A stretch of 64,000 nucleotides of DNA from Calditrichaceae bacterium (GTDB lineage Bacteria > Calditrichota > Calditrichia > Calditrichales > JBFXGD01). The stretch covers positions 32,001 to 96,000 of the forward strand of contig JBFXLE010000005.1 in the NCBI GenBank assembly GCA_050173015.1, given 5' to 3'. Each line of letters opens with the position of its first letter. Positions within the stretch are counted from its first letter, which is position 1. Below are positions 8,831 through 19,900 of the stretch, in pieces. A program made the translations under genes and the position numbers. The notes beneath the pieces are model-generated. The model ran no database searches, was not told the origin of the DNA, and saw nothing but the letters and a program-made list of their open reading frames with translations.

Positions 8831-8856
8831 ATTCATTAACCGGAGTTATTAATTTC

Positions 8857-9675
8857 ATGGTTATAAGCATTTTAGGTTGCGGCTGGCTTGGTTTGCCGTT
8901 GGCTGAACATTTAATCAGGAATGATTTTACCGTCAAAGGTTCAACCACCCGTGAAGAAAAATTGCCCCTTCTTCGCGAAAAGGGCATTGAAGCCCACAGA
9001 ATCATTCTTGATCCGGAAATCGGTGGAGACAATATCTCCCGTTTCTTTGATTCTGACGTCCTCATTCTCAACATTCCTCCCGGCAGGCGTGATAATGTCG
9101 CGAAAAACCATATCCGGCAGATTAAATCTGTCCTCACGGCATTGAATAAATCCGCTGTAAAACGAATTTTATTTGTCAGTTCCACATCGGTGTATGGTAA
9201 TAAAAATAGGGAAGTTAGCGAATCGGATGAAACCTATCCCGAAACCGAATCCGGAAAAGCCTTAATAGCGGCTGAGCAACTGCTTTTGGATCAAAGAACG
9301 TATAATCCTGTTGTCATTCGGTTTGCGGGATTGGCCGGAGGCGACCGGAATCCTGGCCGTTTTTTTGCGGGAAAGAAACAGATCCCCAACGGGGCGGCGC
9401 CGGTAAACTTTATTCACAGAGATGATTGTATCGGCTTAATCCATGAGATCATCCGCCGGGATGTCCGAGGGGAGATCTTTAACGCCTGCTCCGATAAGCA
9501 TCCTTCAAGATCTGACTTTTACCGGAAGACCGCAGAAGATTTAGGTCTCGAAGCGCCGGAATTTGTTGATGAGGAATCCCGCCGATATAAAATCATCAAC
9601 TCCGATAAAATCAAACAGCGTCTTGAATACCGTTTTAAGTATCCGGATCCAATGGAGTTTTCTTATTCCCATTGA
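8857..9675 (+). CDS. NAD-dependent epimerase/atypical SDR (YeeZ-like)
   Basis: ISILGCGWLG Rossmann motif, FVSSTSVYG, VNFIHRDD. Confidence 0.88.
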   Translation: MVISILGCGWLGLPLAEHLIRNDFTVKGSTTREEKLPLLREKGIEAHRIILDPEIGGDNISRFFDSDVLILNIPPGRRDNVAKNHIRQIKSVLTALNKSAVKRILFVSSTSVYGNKNREVSESDETYPETESGKALIAAEQLLLDQRTYNPVVIRFAGLAGGDRNPGRFFAGKKQIPNGAAPVNFIHRDDCIGLIHEIIRRDVRGEIFNACSDKHPSRSDFYRKTAEDLGLEAPEFVDEESRRYKIINSDKIKQRLEYRFKYPDPMEFSYSH

Positions 9676-9728
9676 ATTGTCGCGCGAGTGGAGAAAACCC
9701 CGTATCATGAACCGGAAAAGGAGTCCTG

Positions 9729-10136
9729 ATGAAAATTAATTCCATCCTGGAAACATGTATATACTCGGATGATCTTGAGGCAAGTGAACATTTTTATCGG
9801 GAGATTCCGGGGCTTACCTTTCTGTCGCGGGAACCGGGAAGGCATGTTTTTTTCCGCTGCGGATCTTCTGTATTATTAATTTTTAATCCGGAGAAAACCA
9901 TGGAGATCGGCGGCAATCTTCCTCCGCACGGCTCAAGAGGGCCCGGCCACCTGGCCTTTGGCGCGCCATCCGGTGAGATCCGTGAATGGAAAGCATTCCT
10001 TGAAAAGAATAAAATTCCCATTGAACACGACACCACCTGGCCCGGCGGGGGCAGATCGATCTATTTTAGAGATCCTTCCGGCAACAGTATTGAAATAACC
10101 ACACCAACAATCTGGTCCATTGATGAATCTGAATGA
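9729..10136 (+). CDS. VOC/glyoxalase family protein
   Basis: LETCIYSDDL...FY, PPHG..GPGHLAF, SIYFRDPSGNSIE. Confidence 0.88.
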   Translation: MKINSILETCIYSDDLEASEHFYREIPGLTFLSREPGRHVFFRCGSSVLLIFNPEKTMEIGGNLPPHGSRGPGHLAFGAPSGEIREWKAFLEKNKIPIEHDTTWPGGGRSIYFRDPSGNSIEITTPTIWSIDESE

Positions 10137-10161
10137 CTGGTTTTTATTTTTGCAGAGACTT

Positions 10162-11073
10162 TTATGACGCGGGAATAACTTCAGATTTTATCCGGCTGAC
10201 TTTAATGATTCCGACAAAGAGGATAAATACACCGACCCACTGCATCGTGTTCATAATGTGTCCGCGAATCACGTACTCAAGTATCACGGCAGTTAAAGGA
10301 AAGGCGAGTTCACAGATCGTGGCCACCGACGCGCTGATTCTTTTCAGACCGTAATAATACAGAAATATGGCCGGCCCGCCGGTTGTAAAAGCGATCAGTA
10401 GAAATATCAATGCCTGTTTTTGATTGATTGTGCCAATTTGGATAATCTCTCCCGATGACACCACAATTAAAGTCATGATCAAAGAAGCGATTAGAAACCG
10501 AAGATAGGCGCCCGATTCATGGCTGACATTCCGCAGAGCCCGTTTACTCAGGACGGTAGACGCCGCGAAAGACGCGGAAGCGATCAGGGCAAAAAGCACC
10601 GCCATCGATTTTTTATCACCGGAATTCAGATCCGGGAAATTCAAGCCAAATGTCATAAAATACGCCCCGATGATAGCCAGACCGGCCCAGACAAAAAATT
10701 CCTTCGGAAGTCTCTCTTTAAGAATGATAGTCGCCAGGACTAACGCGAATACAGGCTGCAGCTTCTGAATGAGCACTACTATGGATAAATTGACAAAATT
10801 CACATAGAACAACGCTCTTGTTATGGCCATTGTACCGATCGCTCCGCCGAACAAAGCCACTCCGATAAAGGCAAGCCAGTCTTTTTCTTTCAGCAAACGG
10901 AATTCGGGAAAACTCCTGACAAAAAACGGGGTCAGGATCACGGCCACAATAGAGCTCTCCACAAAGACAACTAATGGGACGGGCAGACCGTAAAGCGCAG
11001 GCGTGAGAACGATTCCATCAATCCCCCAAAGCATTGCCGCGATAATTACAAAAAGTGGAGCTAATTTATCCAT
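10162..11073 (-). CDS. DMT/EamA family transporter
   Basis: About ten hydrophobic helices in two EamA repeats (ILKERL; YYYGLKRISASVATICELAFP). Confidence 0.9.
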   Translation of the reverse strand: MDKLAPLFVIIAAMLWGIDGIVLTPALYGLPVPLVVFVESSIVAVILTPFFVRSFPEFRLLKEKDWLAFIGVALFGGAIGTMAITRALFYVNFVNLSIVVLIQKLQPVFALVLATIILKERLPKEFFVWAGLAIIGAYFMTFGLNFPDLNSGDKKSMAVLFALIASASFAASTVLSKRALRNVSHESGAYLRFLIASLIMTLIVVSSGEIIQIGTINQKQALIFLLIAFTTGGPAIFLYYYGLKRISASVATICELAFPLTAVILEYVIRGHIMNTMQWVGVFILFVGIIKVSRIKSEVIPAS

Positions 11074-11260
11074 ATTTTTCTTATATTTTTGTTTTGGCTA
11101 AGTTATGATTATTTTGGGATTAATAAAACTCTAAATTGATCAAATACCAAACTTTTGATCCTTTTTCCCGTAATCAAAACGGAATGTTTTATCGGGAGCC
11201 TGTATTGTGAAGTTTAATAAACCGATTGACTGTTAAAGTCTAATTTAACCTGGGGATGTC

Positions 11261-14200
11261 ATGAAAAAACTCACCTGTTCTCTTTTTCTTGTCATTATAT
11301 TGTTTCAGTTTTCTTTTGCCGTGGATGAAGCCCGTTTTATGGAGTATCCGGATATTCACGGTGATAAAATTGTTTTCACATGGGATAATGATTTGTGGCT
11401 TGCGGATTCACACGGGGGTCAGGCGGTCAGAATTACAACCAACCCCGGGAATGAGTTTTCGGCCAGGTTTTCTCCGGATGGTCAATGGATCGCATTTACG
11501 GGAAACTACGACGGCGAAACATCCATCTACCTTATTCCTTCGGAAGGCGGCGAACCGAAACGACTGACTTATAATCCCTGGGGTGGAAGAAGCATTACCT
11601 GGACACCGGACAGCAAAAAAATTGTTTACGCGTCATATTACGAAACTTTTATACAGCGTGATCCTAATCTGTATTATGTGAATATAGATGGTTCCGCGCC
11701 GGAACGTTTGCCAATAGACCGCGGCGTGTTATGCTCCTTTTCCGGAGACGGCACAAAAATGCTGTATAACCGAAAAGGCCGGCCGGAATATTACTGGAAG
11801 AGGTATAAAGGCGGGCAATACACCGATATTTGGATGTATGATTTCATCAAAAATGAGTTTAGCCCCGTCTCAGACTATGTCGGCAAAAACGCCTATCCCA
11901 TGTGGATCGGCGATAATATGTATTTTGTGTCCGACCGCGATAACGGCATTGCCAATATCTACGCGCAGAACCTGAAATCTGGAGCTGCCGCGCCCATTAC
12001 AAACTACAGCGATGTCGATGTGATGATGCCGGAGACGGACGGAAAAAACATCATATATACGCATGACGGTTATATCCATCTTTTACCGGTCGGCGCAACC
12101 ACTCCTGAAAAACTCACCATCATGGCCGCGTCAGATAAATGGCGGCTGCGTGACAGGACAATCAATCCGAAAGAGTATATTCAGTCGATGGATATTTCGA
12201 ACGATGGTCAAACAGTGATTTTTGACGGCCGGGGTGATGTGATCACCGTTGCCGTGAAAGATGGCAAATCGAATAATTTAACCTTCACTCCGGGAAGCAG
12301 GGAACGCTATCCGGTAATTTCTCCGGACGGTCAATGGATTGCTTTTTTCTCGGACAAATCGGGCGAATATCAGCTTTATATCCAAAAAACAACCGGCGGT
12401 GAATGGATACAATTAACCGACGGCCTCAACCGGACCAATTATCATCCCGTCTGGTCTCCCGACGGCACAAAAATCCTGTTCGGAAATAAGGATTTCTCTA
12501 TCTTTTATGTCGACGTAAAAACCAAAAACCTGGTTAAAGTGGATGAATCCAATCAGTTAAAAAATGACGAGTTTTATTGGGAAATCAGTGATTATAACTG
12601 GTCACCGGACAGCAAATGGATCACTTACAGCCTGGTTCAGTTCAACCGCAACAGCAAAATTTTTATCTATAACCTCGAAAAAAATAAAAAATATGCTCTT
12701 ACAGGTGATTTTTACGACAATCTTAATCCGAGATTCGATACCTCGGGGATGTACCTTTATTATATATCAAGCCGAAATTTCGATATTCAGATGGATTTTT
12801 ATGAAGATAATCATGTGGTAAACGCTCCCCAACAGATCATGGTTGTTCAGCTTCAGGCCGGGCAGAAACCGCCTTTTGCTGATTCCATATCGGCGACACA
12901 AAAATCAGCCCCGGATCCCTACCGGATTGACATCGAAGGGATTAAAGATCGTACCTACCCGCTGCCCGTTCCGGCGGGAAATTATTTCTATCTGCGCGCG
13001 GGCAATGGTAACGTCCTGTGGTGCTCCGTTCCAAAATTTACCTCAGATGAATACGATGAGATATTCAACCCCGCTGGAAAGACAAAATGGGATCTTCATA
13101 TTTTTGATATGGACAAAAAAGAAGAAACCATACTAAATGATAAAATCAAAGATTACCGCGTCTCTTCAAACGGTGAAAATATTATTTTGTCCAAAAATGA
13201 TGATTTCTTTTCCGCCACAATTGACGCGGCGATTAAAGATAAATCCGCCGGAGATAAAATTGATCTGAATAATATGCAGTATCAGGTGGATTCATACAAA
13301 GAGTGGAATCAGATATTCAGTGATACCTGGCGCTGGTATCGCGACTTCTTTTATGACGCCAACATGCACGGGCAAAACTGGAAAGCTATCGGCGATCGCT
13401 ACCGGGCATATATTCCGTATCTGACTTCGCGGGATCAGTTAAACTGGGCGCTTGAGCAAATGGTTGGCGAACTTTCCGTATCTCACACCTATGTCCGCGG
13501 CGGCGATAACGGACCGGAGCTGAAAAACGAATCTAAACTGTTCACGGGCTGGATCGGCGCGGATCTCACGCCGGATAAGGTCAGCAATTATTACCGGTTT
13601 GAAAAAATTTACGGCCCGACGGAGTACAACCTTGATCTGAAATCGCCCCTTGCCCGTCCGGATATAAAAATTAAAGAAAGCGATTATCTCCTGGCGATAA
13701 ACGGCCATGAAATCCGGGTGCCGGATGATTATTTTAAATATCTGCAGGTTCTTCCGGATCAGGAAGTCACCATTACCGTGAATGATAAACCGGTCATGCA
13801 AGGATCTCAGACCTATACGATTAAACCTATCAGGAACAGCTCTCAGCTGCGCTATTTCCGCTGGCTGACCGACAATATCGACAAAGTTCTCAAGGCCACA
13901 GACGGTCAGGTCGGTTATATGCATATCAACGCCATGGGGTCAGGCGGAATCGGCGAATTTGATAAATTCTGGCGGGCGTTTCGTTATAAAAAAGGCCTCA
14001 TCATCGATGTTCGCCGCAATTCCGGAGGTTGGACCGAGTATTTTATGATTGATAAACTGGAAAGAAAAATGACCGCCTACAATGTCCTTAAGGGGATGGA
14101 ACCCTTCCGTTATCCGGGCAGTGTATCCAATGGTCAGTTCGTCGTTGTTTCAAATGAGTATAACGGATCAGACGGCGAAGCGTTTGTGGAACATTTTAAA

Positions 14201-14503
14201 GCGAGAAAGCTCGGAACCGTTGTGGGCGTTCCTTCATGGGGCGGGCTCGTCGGCATTATAAACGGACAAACAACTATCGATAATGGAAATATCCATCAGT
14301 CAAATAACGCTTTCTATGGCCGGGAAGGAAAGTGGCTCGTTGAAAATCATGGCGCCGATCCCGACATTTACATTGATAATGATCCTGCTTCTGTCATGGC
14401 CGGCAAAGATCGGCAGCTTGAGAAAGCCATTGAAACCGTTTTACAGAAGATAAAGGAACATCCGTTTGTATTTCCGGAACGTCCATCTTATCCTGTTAGA
14501 TAA
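11261..14503 (+). CDS. Tricorn-type S41 protease with PD40/beta-propeller and PDZ domains, exported
   Basis: Signal peptide, repeated (F/W)SPDG propeller motifs, GELSVSHTY, GLIIDVRRNSGG, NGSDGE catalytic Ser, VENHGADPDI. Confidence 0.93.
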   Translation: MKKLTCSLFLVIILFQFSFAVDEARFMEYPDIHGDKIVFTWDNDLWLADSHGGQAVRITTNPGNEFSARFSPDGQWIAFTGNYDGETSIYLIPSEGGEPKRLTYNPWGGRSITWTPDSKKIVYASYYETFIQRDPNLYYVNIDGSAPERLPIDRGVLCSFSGDGTKMLYNRKGRPEYYWKRYKGGQYTDIWMYDFIKNEFSPVSDYVGKNAYPMWIGDNMYFVSDRDNGIANIYAQNLKSGAAAPITNYSDVDVMMPETDGKNIIYTHDGYIHLLPVGATTPEKLTIMAASDKWRLRDRTINPKEYIQSMDISNDGQTVIFDGRGDVITVAVKDGKSNNLTFTPGSRERYPVISPDGQWIAFFSDKSGEYQLYIQKTTGGEWIQLTDGLNRTNYHPVWSPDGTKILFGNKDFSIFYVDVKTKNLVKVDESNQLKNDEFYWEISDYNWSPDSKWITYSLVQFNRNSKIFIYNLEKNKKYALTGDFYDNLNPRFDTSGMYLYYISSRNFDIQMDFYEDNHVVNAPQQIMVVQLQAGQKPPFADSISATQKSAPDPYRIDIEGIKDRTYPLPVPAGNYFYLRAGNGNVLWCSVPKFTSDEYDEIFNPAGKTKWDLHIFDMDKKEETILNDKIKDYRVSSNGENIILSKNDDFFSATIDAAIKDKSAGDKIDLNNMQYQVDSYKEWNQIFSDTWRWYRDFFYDANMHGQNWKAIGDRYRAYIPYLTSRDQLNWALEQMVGELSVSHTYVRGGDNGPELKNESKLFTGWIGADLTPDKVSNYYRFEKIYGPTEYNLDLKSPLARPDIKIKESDYLLAINGHEIRVPDDYFKYLQVLPDQEVTITVNDKPVMQGSQTYTIKPIRNSSQLRYFRWLTDNIDKVLKATDGQVGYMHINAMGSGGIGEFDKFWRAFRYKKGLIIDVRRNSGGWTEYFMIDKLERKMTAYNVLKGMEPFRYPGSVSNGQFVVVSNEYNGSDGEAFVEHFKARKLGTVVGVPSWGGLVGIINGQTTIDNGNIHQSNNAFYGREGKWLVENHGADPDIYIDNDPASVMAGKDRQLEKAIETVLQKIKEHPFVFPERPSYPVR

Positions 14504-14509
14504 TTTTAC

Positions 14510-14550
14510 AAAAAAGCGCCGCCGTCTTTTTTTTGTCGCGGCGTTTTTTT
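14510..14550. terminator. Intrinsic terminator after the tricorn gene
   Basis: AAAAAAGCGCCGC...GCGGCG-TTTTTTT. Confidence 0.7.
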
Positions 14551-14590
14551 ATTTTTAAATCAAATGTACGTGACGTTTAGGAATCATTCT

Positions 14591-15250
14591 ATGGTACGAA
14601 TAAAAGTTTGCTGTATCAGCAGTGTGGAAGAAGCACGGATGGCGGTTCAGGCGGGAGCATCCGCTCTCGGTCTTGTTTCTGAAATGCCCAGCGGCCCGGG
14701 TGTCATTTCTGAAGAACTGATCGCTGAAATTGCCGCAACAATTCCACCCGCCATGGGTTCCTTTTTACTGACCAGCAAAAAAACCGCGGATGAAATTATA
14801 AAACAACAGAAAAAATGCGGGGTCAACACCATCCAAATATGTGACAGTATCGAATTGAACGAGTATCGCCTGCTTAGGGAAGCCCTGCCCGGCATAGCCC
14901 TGGTTCAGGTTATTCATGTCCGGAATGAACTTTCATTGGATGAAGCCGTGACGATTGCCCCCTTCATCAACGGGATTTTACTGGATTCCGGCAATCCGGA
15001 TTTATCGGTTAAAGAACTTGGCGGCACGGGAAGAGTTCATAACTGGGATATCAGCAGGAAAATCGTTGAACAGACTCCGGTTCCGGTTTTTCTGGCCGGC
15101 GGTTTGAAACCGGAAAATGTCGCGGAGGCGATCCGAAATGTAAATCCGTATGGCGTCGATGTGTGCAGCGGACTTCGAACAAACGGGAAACTTGATTTAC
15201 AAAAACTCAAACTATTTTTTCAAAACGCGCGGCTGGAAGACAAGAGTTAG
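14591..15250 (+). CDS. trpF: Phosphoribosylanthranilate isomerase (TrpF-like)
   Basis: RIKVCCISS, LLDS, GGTGRVHNW, FLAGGLKPENV, GVDVCSG. Confidence 0.85.
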   Translation: MVRIKVCCISSVEEARMAVQAGASALGLVSEMPSGPGVISEELIAEIAATIPPAMGSFLLTSKKTADEIIKQQKKCGVNTIQICDSIELNEYRLLREALPGIALVQVIHVRNELSLDEAVTIAPFINGILLDSGNPDLSVKELGGTGRVHNWDISRKIVEQTPVPVFLAGGLKPENVAEAIRNVNPYGVDVCSGLRTNGKLDLQKLKLFFQNARLEDKS

Positions 15251-15258
15251 AAGATGTT

Positions 15259-15870
15259 TCACGGTGATAGGCGTTCTGTTTTCCACGATTGATTATTCTG
15301 TTTTGTATAACGGATCCTGTCGGCGAGTCTGTCATCCCTGCCCTGCCAAAATTCAATCATTTCCGGCTTCAAGAGGAATCCGCCCCAATGCGGCGGCCGC
15401 TTTATCGTTTCGCCTTCAAATTGCATTCTGAACGATTCAACTTTTTCCATCAGTTCTTCTCTTGACCGAATGCCCCGGCTTTGATTCGATGCCCACGAAC
15501 CGATCTGATGGCCCCGCGGCCGGTCGCTAAAATATCTATCCGATTCTTTTGCGGATATTTTTTCGACTTTCCCCTCAATTCGAACCTGTCGTCCTAATCG
15601 GTCCCACCAGAAAACGGCAGCCGCCTTTGTATTTGCGGCAAGCTCCTGTCCCTTACGGCTTTCATAATTGGTAAAAAACACGAATCCGCTCTCGTCATAT
15701 TTTTTCATCAAAACCATTCGCGCCGAGGGTTGACCGCTTTCACCGGCGGTTGCCAGAGCCATCGCTTCCGGTTCATTCATTCCGGACCCGACCGCTTCTT
15801 CAAACCATTTTTTAAATTCTATGATCGGATCCCGACCGATACCGGAATCATTTAATGTGGATTCGCTCAT
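15259..15870 (-). CDS. pdxH: Pyridoxine/pyridoxamine 5'-phosphate oxidase
   Basis: PSARMVLMK, FFTNYESRKG, RQVRIEG, RPPHWGG, EFWQGR..RL.DR. Confidence 0.95.
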   Translation of the reverse strand: MSESTLNDSGIGRDPIIEFKKWFEEAVGSGMNEPEAMALATAGESGQPSARMVLMKKYDESGFVFFTNYESRKGQELAANTKAAAVFWWDRLGRQVRIEGKVEKISAKESDRYFSDRPRGHQIGSWASNQSRGIRSREELMEKVESFRMQFEGETIKRPPHWGGFLLKPEMIEFWQGRDDRLADRIRYTKQNNQSWKTERLSP

Positions 15871-16052
15871 CTTAGATATTCTCCGGATAATGAATTTTGA
15901 TATCCGATTGTTCTTTAAGAAAACTATAGATTAAATCTTCATTTGCAAAGTAAATTCTCAAATGTGTTCATTGGATTTTGAAAAACCGAATTTATTTCCC
16001 GATATTTCAGGTTGTAAGATAATTAATGTACTAATAAGTCAGGCGGGATGAT

Positions 16053-16721
16053 ATGACACAGCCGAAATTCCATCATCTAAAGAGTTTTCCGGATTATACA
16101 GAAAATGAGATGCTCGAACGGGCGCGACAGTTTTACAAAGACATCGGCAGCAGGCGCTCTGTCCGCCACTTTTCAGATAAAAATGTCTCGAAAGAAATTA
16201 TTGAATACTGTATTCGGGCAGCCTGCACGGCTCCCAGCGGCGCGAACAAACAGCCGTGGTATTTCGCGGCGGTGTCTGATCCCTCTGTTAAAAAGGAAAT
16301 CCGGATAGCGGCCGAAAATGAAGAGCGCGCGTTTTATCATTCCCGGGCAACCAGGGAATGGCTCGATGATCTTGCGCCTATCGGTACTGATGAACATAAG
16401 CCTTTTCTTGAAACCGCCCCCTGGCTTATCGCCATTTTTGATCAACGCTACGGCATCAGCGCAGATGGTAATAAAGAAAAGCATTACTATACTGCCGAAT
16501 CGGTTGGCATCGCCACGGGCATGCTGATCACCGCTTTGCATTTGTCCGGCCTGGCAACGTTAACTCATACTCCGAGTCCCATGGGTTTTTTGAACAAAAT
16601 TCTGGGCCGGCCTGAAAATGAAAAACCGTTTTTACTATTAGTTGTCGGTTATCCGTCAAAAGACGCGGTGGTTCCTGAAATAACAAAAAAATCCGCGGAT
16701 GAGATTTATTCATTTATCTGA
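16053..16721 (+). CDS. Nitroreductase-superfamily flavoprotein, iodotyrosine-deiodinase-like
   Basis: [49 protein letters not shown]. Confidence 0.85.
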   Translation: MTQPKFHHLKSFPDYTENEMLERARQFYKDIGSRRSVRHFSDKNVSKEIIEYCIRAACTAPSGANKQPWYFAAVSDPSVKKEIRIAAENEERAFYHSRATREWLDDLAPIGTDEHKPFLETAPWLIAIFDQRYGISADGNKEKHYYTAESVGIATGMLITALHLSGLATLTHTPSPMGFLNKILGRPENEKPFLLLVVGYPSKDAVVPEITKKSADEIYSFI

Positions 16722-16901
16722 TCCAGATTATTAAATAATCACTGTTTTTGAGTGATAGCGCATTTGTGCATTCACTTGCAAAACTTAATTTCTCGCTTTA
16801 ATTTGAAATCTATCTAATATTGAATTAAATCGAGCGGAGAAAAGATGTTGGCAGGCCCTGAACAAAGAATTTTGAATCTAAATTTTACAAAAAATAAACA
16901 T

Positions 16902-19900
16902 ATGACAGATGACAAAATTCCATCATTCGAATTCCATATCTCAAAAAAAGCCCGGAACAAGTACATCATTGATCAAACCCTTTTTTCAATCAAAGGCCGT
17001 GTTATTTTTGCCAATATTGCCGCCGCCAGAAAATTTATTCTTAATATTAATAAAGAACGCGACGCCGGAAATGCGTTGAACGCATCTGAAATAAACGCCA
17101 TGGGTCTGCTCGATGAAATCATGCACTATGTTATAGAAACCTACCGCGCGGAGAAAAATCCGTCTCTTTTTAAAAAAATGGAAAATTTTCTTTCGGATGA
17201 GCTCGGCGGAGAAGCTCTGGACAAGTTATTACGCGCTTTCGCGGAAGCGTTTCCTTCAACTGATGTTTATAACGGGAAGATGAATGCCGGTGAATATTTA
17301 GAAGGGACCACCGGCGATTTATCAAACCGCCATGTCATTCTCGAAGAAATCATGGTACTCTGGCTGGACAACCGCAATCCGGCATATCAGCCCATATATG
17401 ATTTGATCGATGAAAAAGAACTCACCGATACTATTTATGACAAATCATTTATCCTTCTGAACACTTTTTTTAAAAATGAACCATCATTCGGTCCTGAAAA
17501 TCTTCCGCTGCTCGATCTTCTGCTGCAGCCGTCAAAGAAATTTCCGCATTCCATCACAGCTCAGCTTGAATACATCAGAAAAAAATGGTCTGTCTTGATC
17601 CCCTCCTTCCTTTCACGAATTTTACTGGGAATGGATCTAATCAAGGAGGAGCAGAAGCCCCGGTTTGACGCTGATTTGTTTGGCCACGGACCGACGGAAG
17701 TGACTCAATTCACCGGTACGGAATATGAACAGGAACCGGAACGATTTAGTCAGGATTTACACTGGATGCCCCGACTCGTTCTTATGGCAAAAAGCACTTA
17801 TGTATGGCTTGATCAACTGAGTAAACAGTATCAAAGAAATATCTATCGTCTTGACCAGGTTCCCGATGAGGAGCTTGACAGACTTTCGCAAAGCGGATTT
17901 ACCGGTTTATGGCTTATTGGCCTTTGGGAGCGCAGTAAGGCTTCCCGCCGCATAAAGCAGATCAGCGGTAATCCCGAGGCTGTCGCCTCCGCGTATTCAC
18001 TCTATAACTACTCTATCGCCAATGATCTTGGCGGGGATGAAGCTTACCAGAATCTTAAAGACCGCGCCTGGAAAAGAGGAATCCGGCTGGCAAGCGATAT
18101 GGTTCCCAATCATATGGGTATTGATTCAGAATGGCTGATCAATCATCCGTCCTGGTTTGTCCAGAGTCATCAGCCGCCGTTTCCCGGGTACAATTTTTCC
18201 GGGCAGGATCTAAGCGATGATCCGCGTGTGGGCATATTTATTGAAGATGGTTACTGGAATAAAACCGACGCTTCTGTAGTATTTAAGCGGCTTGACCGGT
18301 ACACCGGCGATGTTCGGTATGTCTATCACGGCAACGACGGTACGAGTATGCCCTGGAACGATACCGCCCAGCTCAACTATCTCATGCCCGAGGTTCGCGA
18401 GGCGGTTATTCAGACGATTCTTCATGTGGCGCGCAAGTTTCCGATTATACGGTTTGACGCCGCCATGACACTGGCGAAGAAACATTATCAGCGTCTCTGG
18501 TTTCCGGAGCCCGGCAGCGGCGGTGATATTCCTTCACGCGCGGAACAAGGGCTGACCAAAGCGAATTTCGACCGACTTTTTCCCATAGAGTTTTGGCGGG
18601 AAGTTGTTGACCGGGTCCAGCAGGAAGTGCCGGATACTCTTCTTCTCGCGGAGGCGTTCTGGATGATGGAGGGCTACTTTGTCCGCTCTCTCGGAATGCA
18701 TCGTGTTTATAACAGCGCTTTTATGAACATGCTGAAAAAAGAAGAAAACCAAAAATACCGGGAATCAATACGCAATGTGCTCGAATTTAATCCGCAGATA
18801 TTAAAGCGGTATGTTAATTTTATGAATAATCCGGATGAAGAAACAGCAATCGCCCAGTTTGGAAAAGATGATAAATATTTTGGCGTCTGTGTGCTGATGT
18901 GCACTATGCCCGGGCTCCCGATGTTCGGACACGGTCAGATTGAAGGTTATAAAGAGAAATACGGCATGGAGTACCGGCGCGCGTACTGGGATGAGCAACC
19001 GGATGAATGGCTGGTAAAACGTCACCAAAAAGAAATCTTCCCTCTGATGAAAAAACGCTACCTGTTCAGCGATGTTGAAGAGTTTTTGTTATATGATTTT
19101 TTTACCTCCGAAGGCCGTGTCAATGAAAATGTTTTTGCTTACAGCAACCGCTCGGGATCTGAAAGTTGCCTCGTGCTTTACAACAATAAATTTGAACACG
19201 CCTCAGGCTGGGTGAAGACATCGGTTGGATTTAAAAATGCTGAAGACAACATCGTTCAAAAAACTTTGGGTGAGGGACTTAATTTAACTCATGATAACCA
19301 AAAATTTGTCATATTCAGGGATCAAATTACAGGGCTCGAGTATCTAAGATCAAGTAAGGATCTCTCGGAAAACGGATTGTTCGTTGAGTTAGGCGCGTTC
19401 AAATACAACGTTTTCCTGGATTTTCATGAAGTTACTAACACCGCGCAGGAACCATGGGCTGAACTTAACCACTATCTGCGGGGCCGTCCGGTTGAATCCG
19501 TCCGGGAAGCGCTGACCGAATACAGATTCGGACCGGTCATTCAGGCTTTTGATGAAGCCATCAACCCGGGTAGCCTGCTCTGGCTCTCGCAGGGACTAAA
19601 TGATCAAAAAATGGATAAAAAGGTATATAAATCGTATTTAGAAAAAACAAAACAACTGCTCAGTTCAGCGCGGCCCTTTATTAACCCCGATTTAGCAGTA
19701 AAATCTGATCCTAAACTATCAGCCGGATATTATCCTTCACTTTTAAAACTGCCGAATATTGCAAAACATGTGAAGGAAGGAAAAAGAAAAGCGGCTAAAA
19801 TTGAATCTGTTCTCCTTGATTCGTTTCAACCGGAGAAAAACAGATTGTCATCCGGTCACCGTATTCTGCTAACCTTATCATTTTTAAATTCCCTCTCTGG

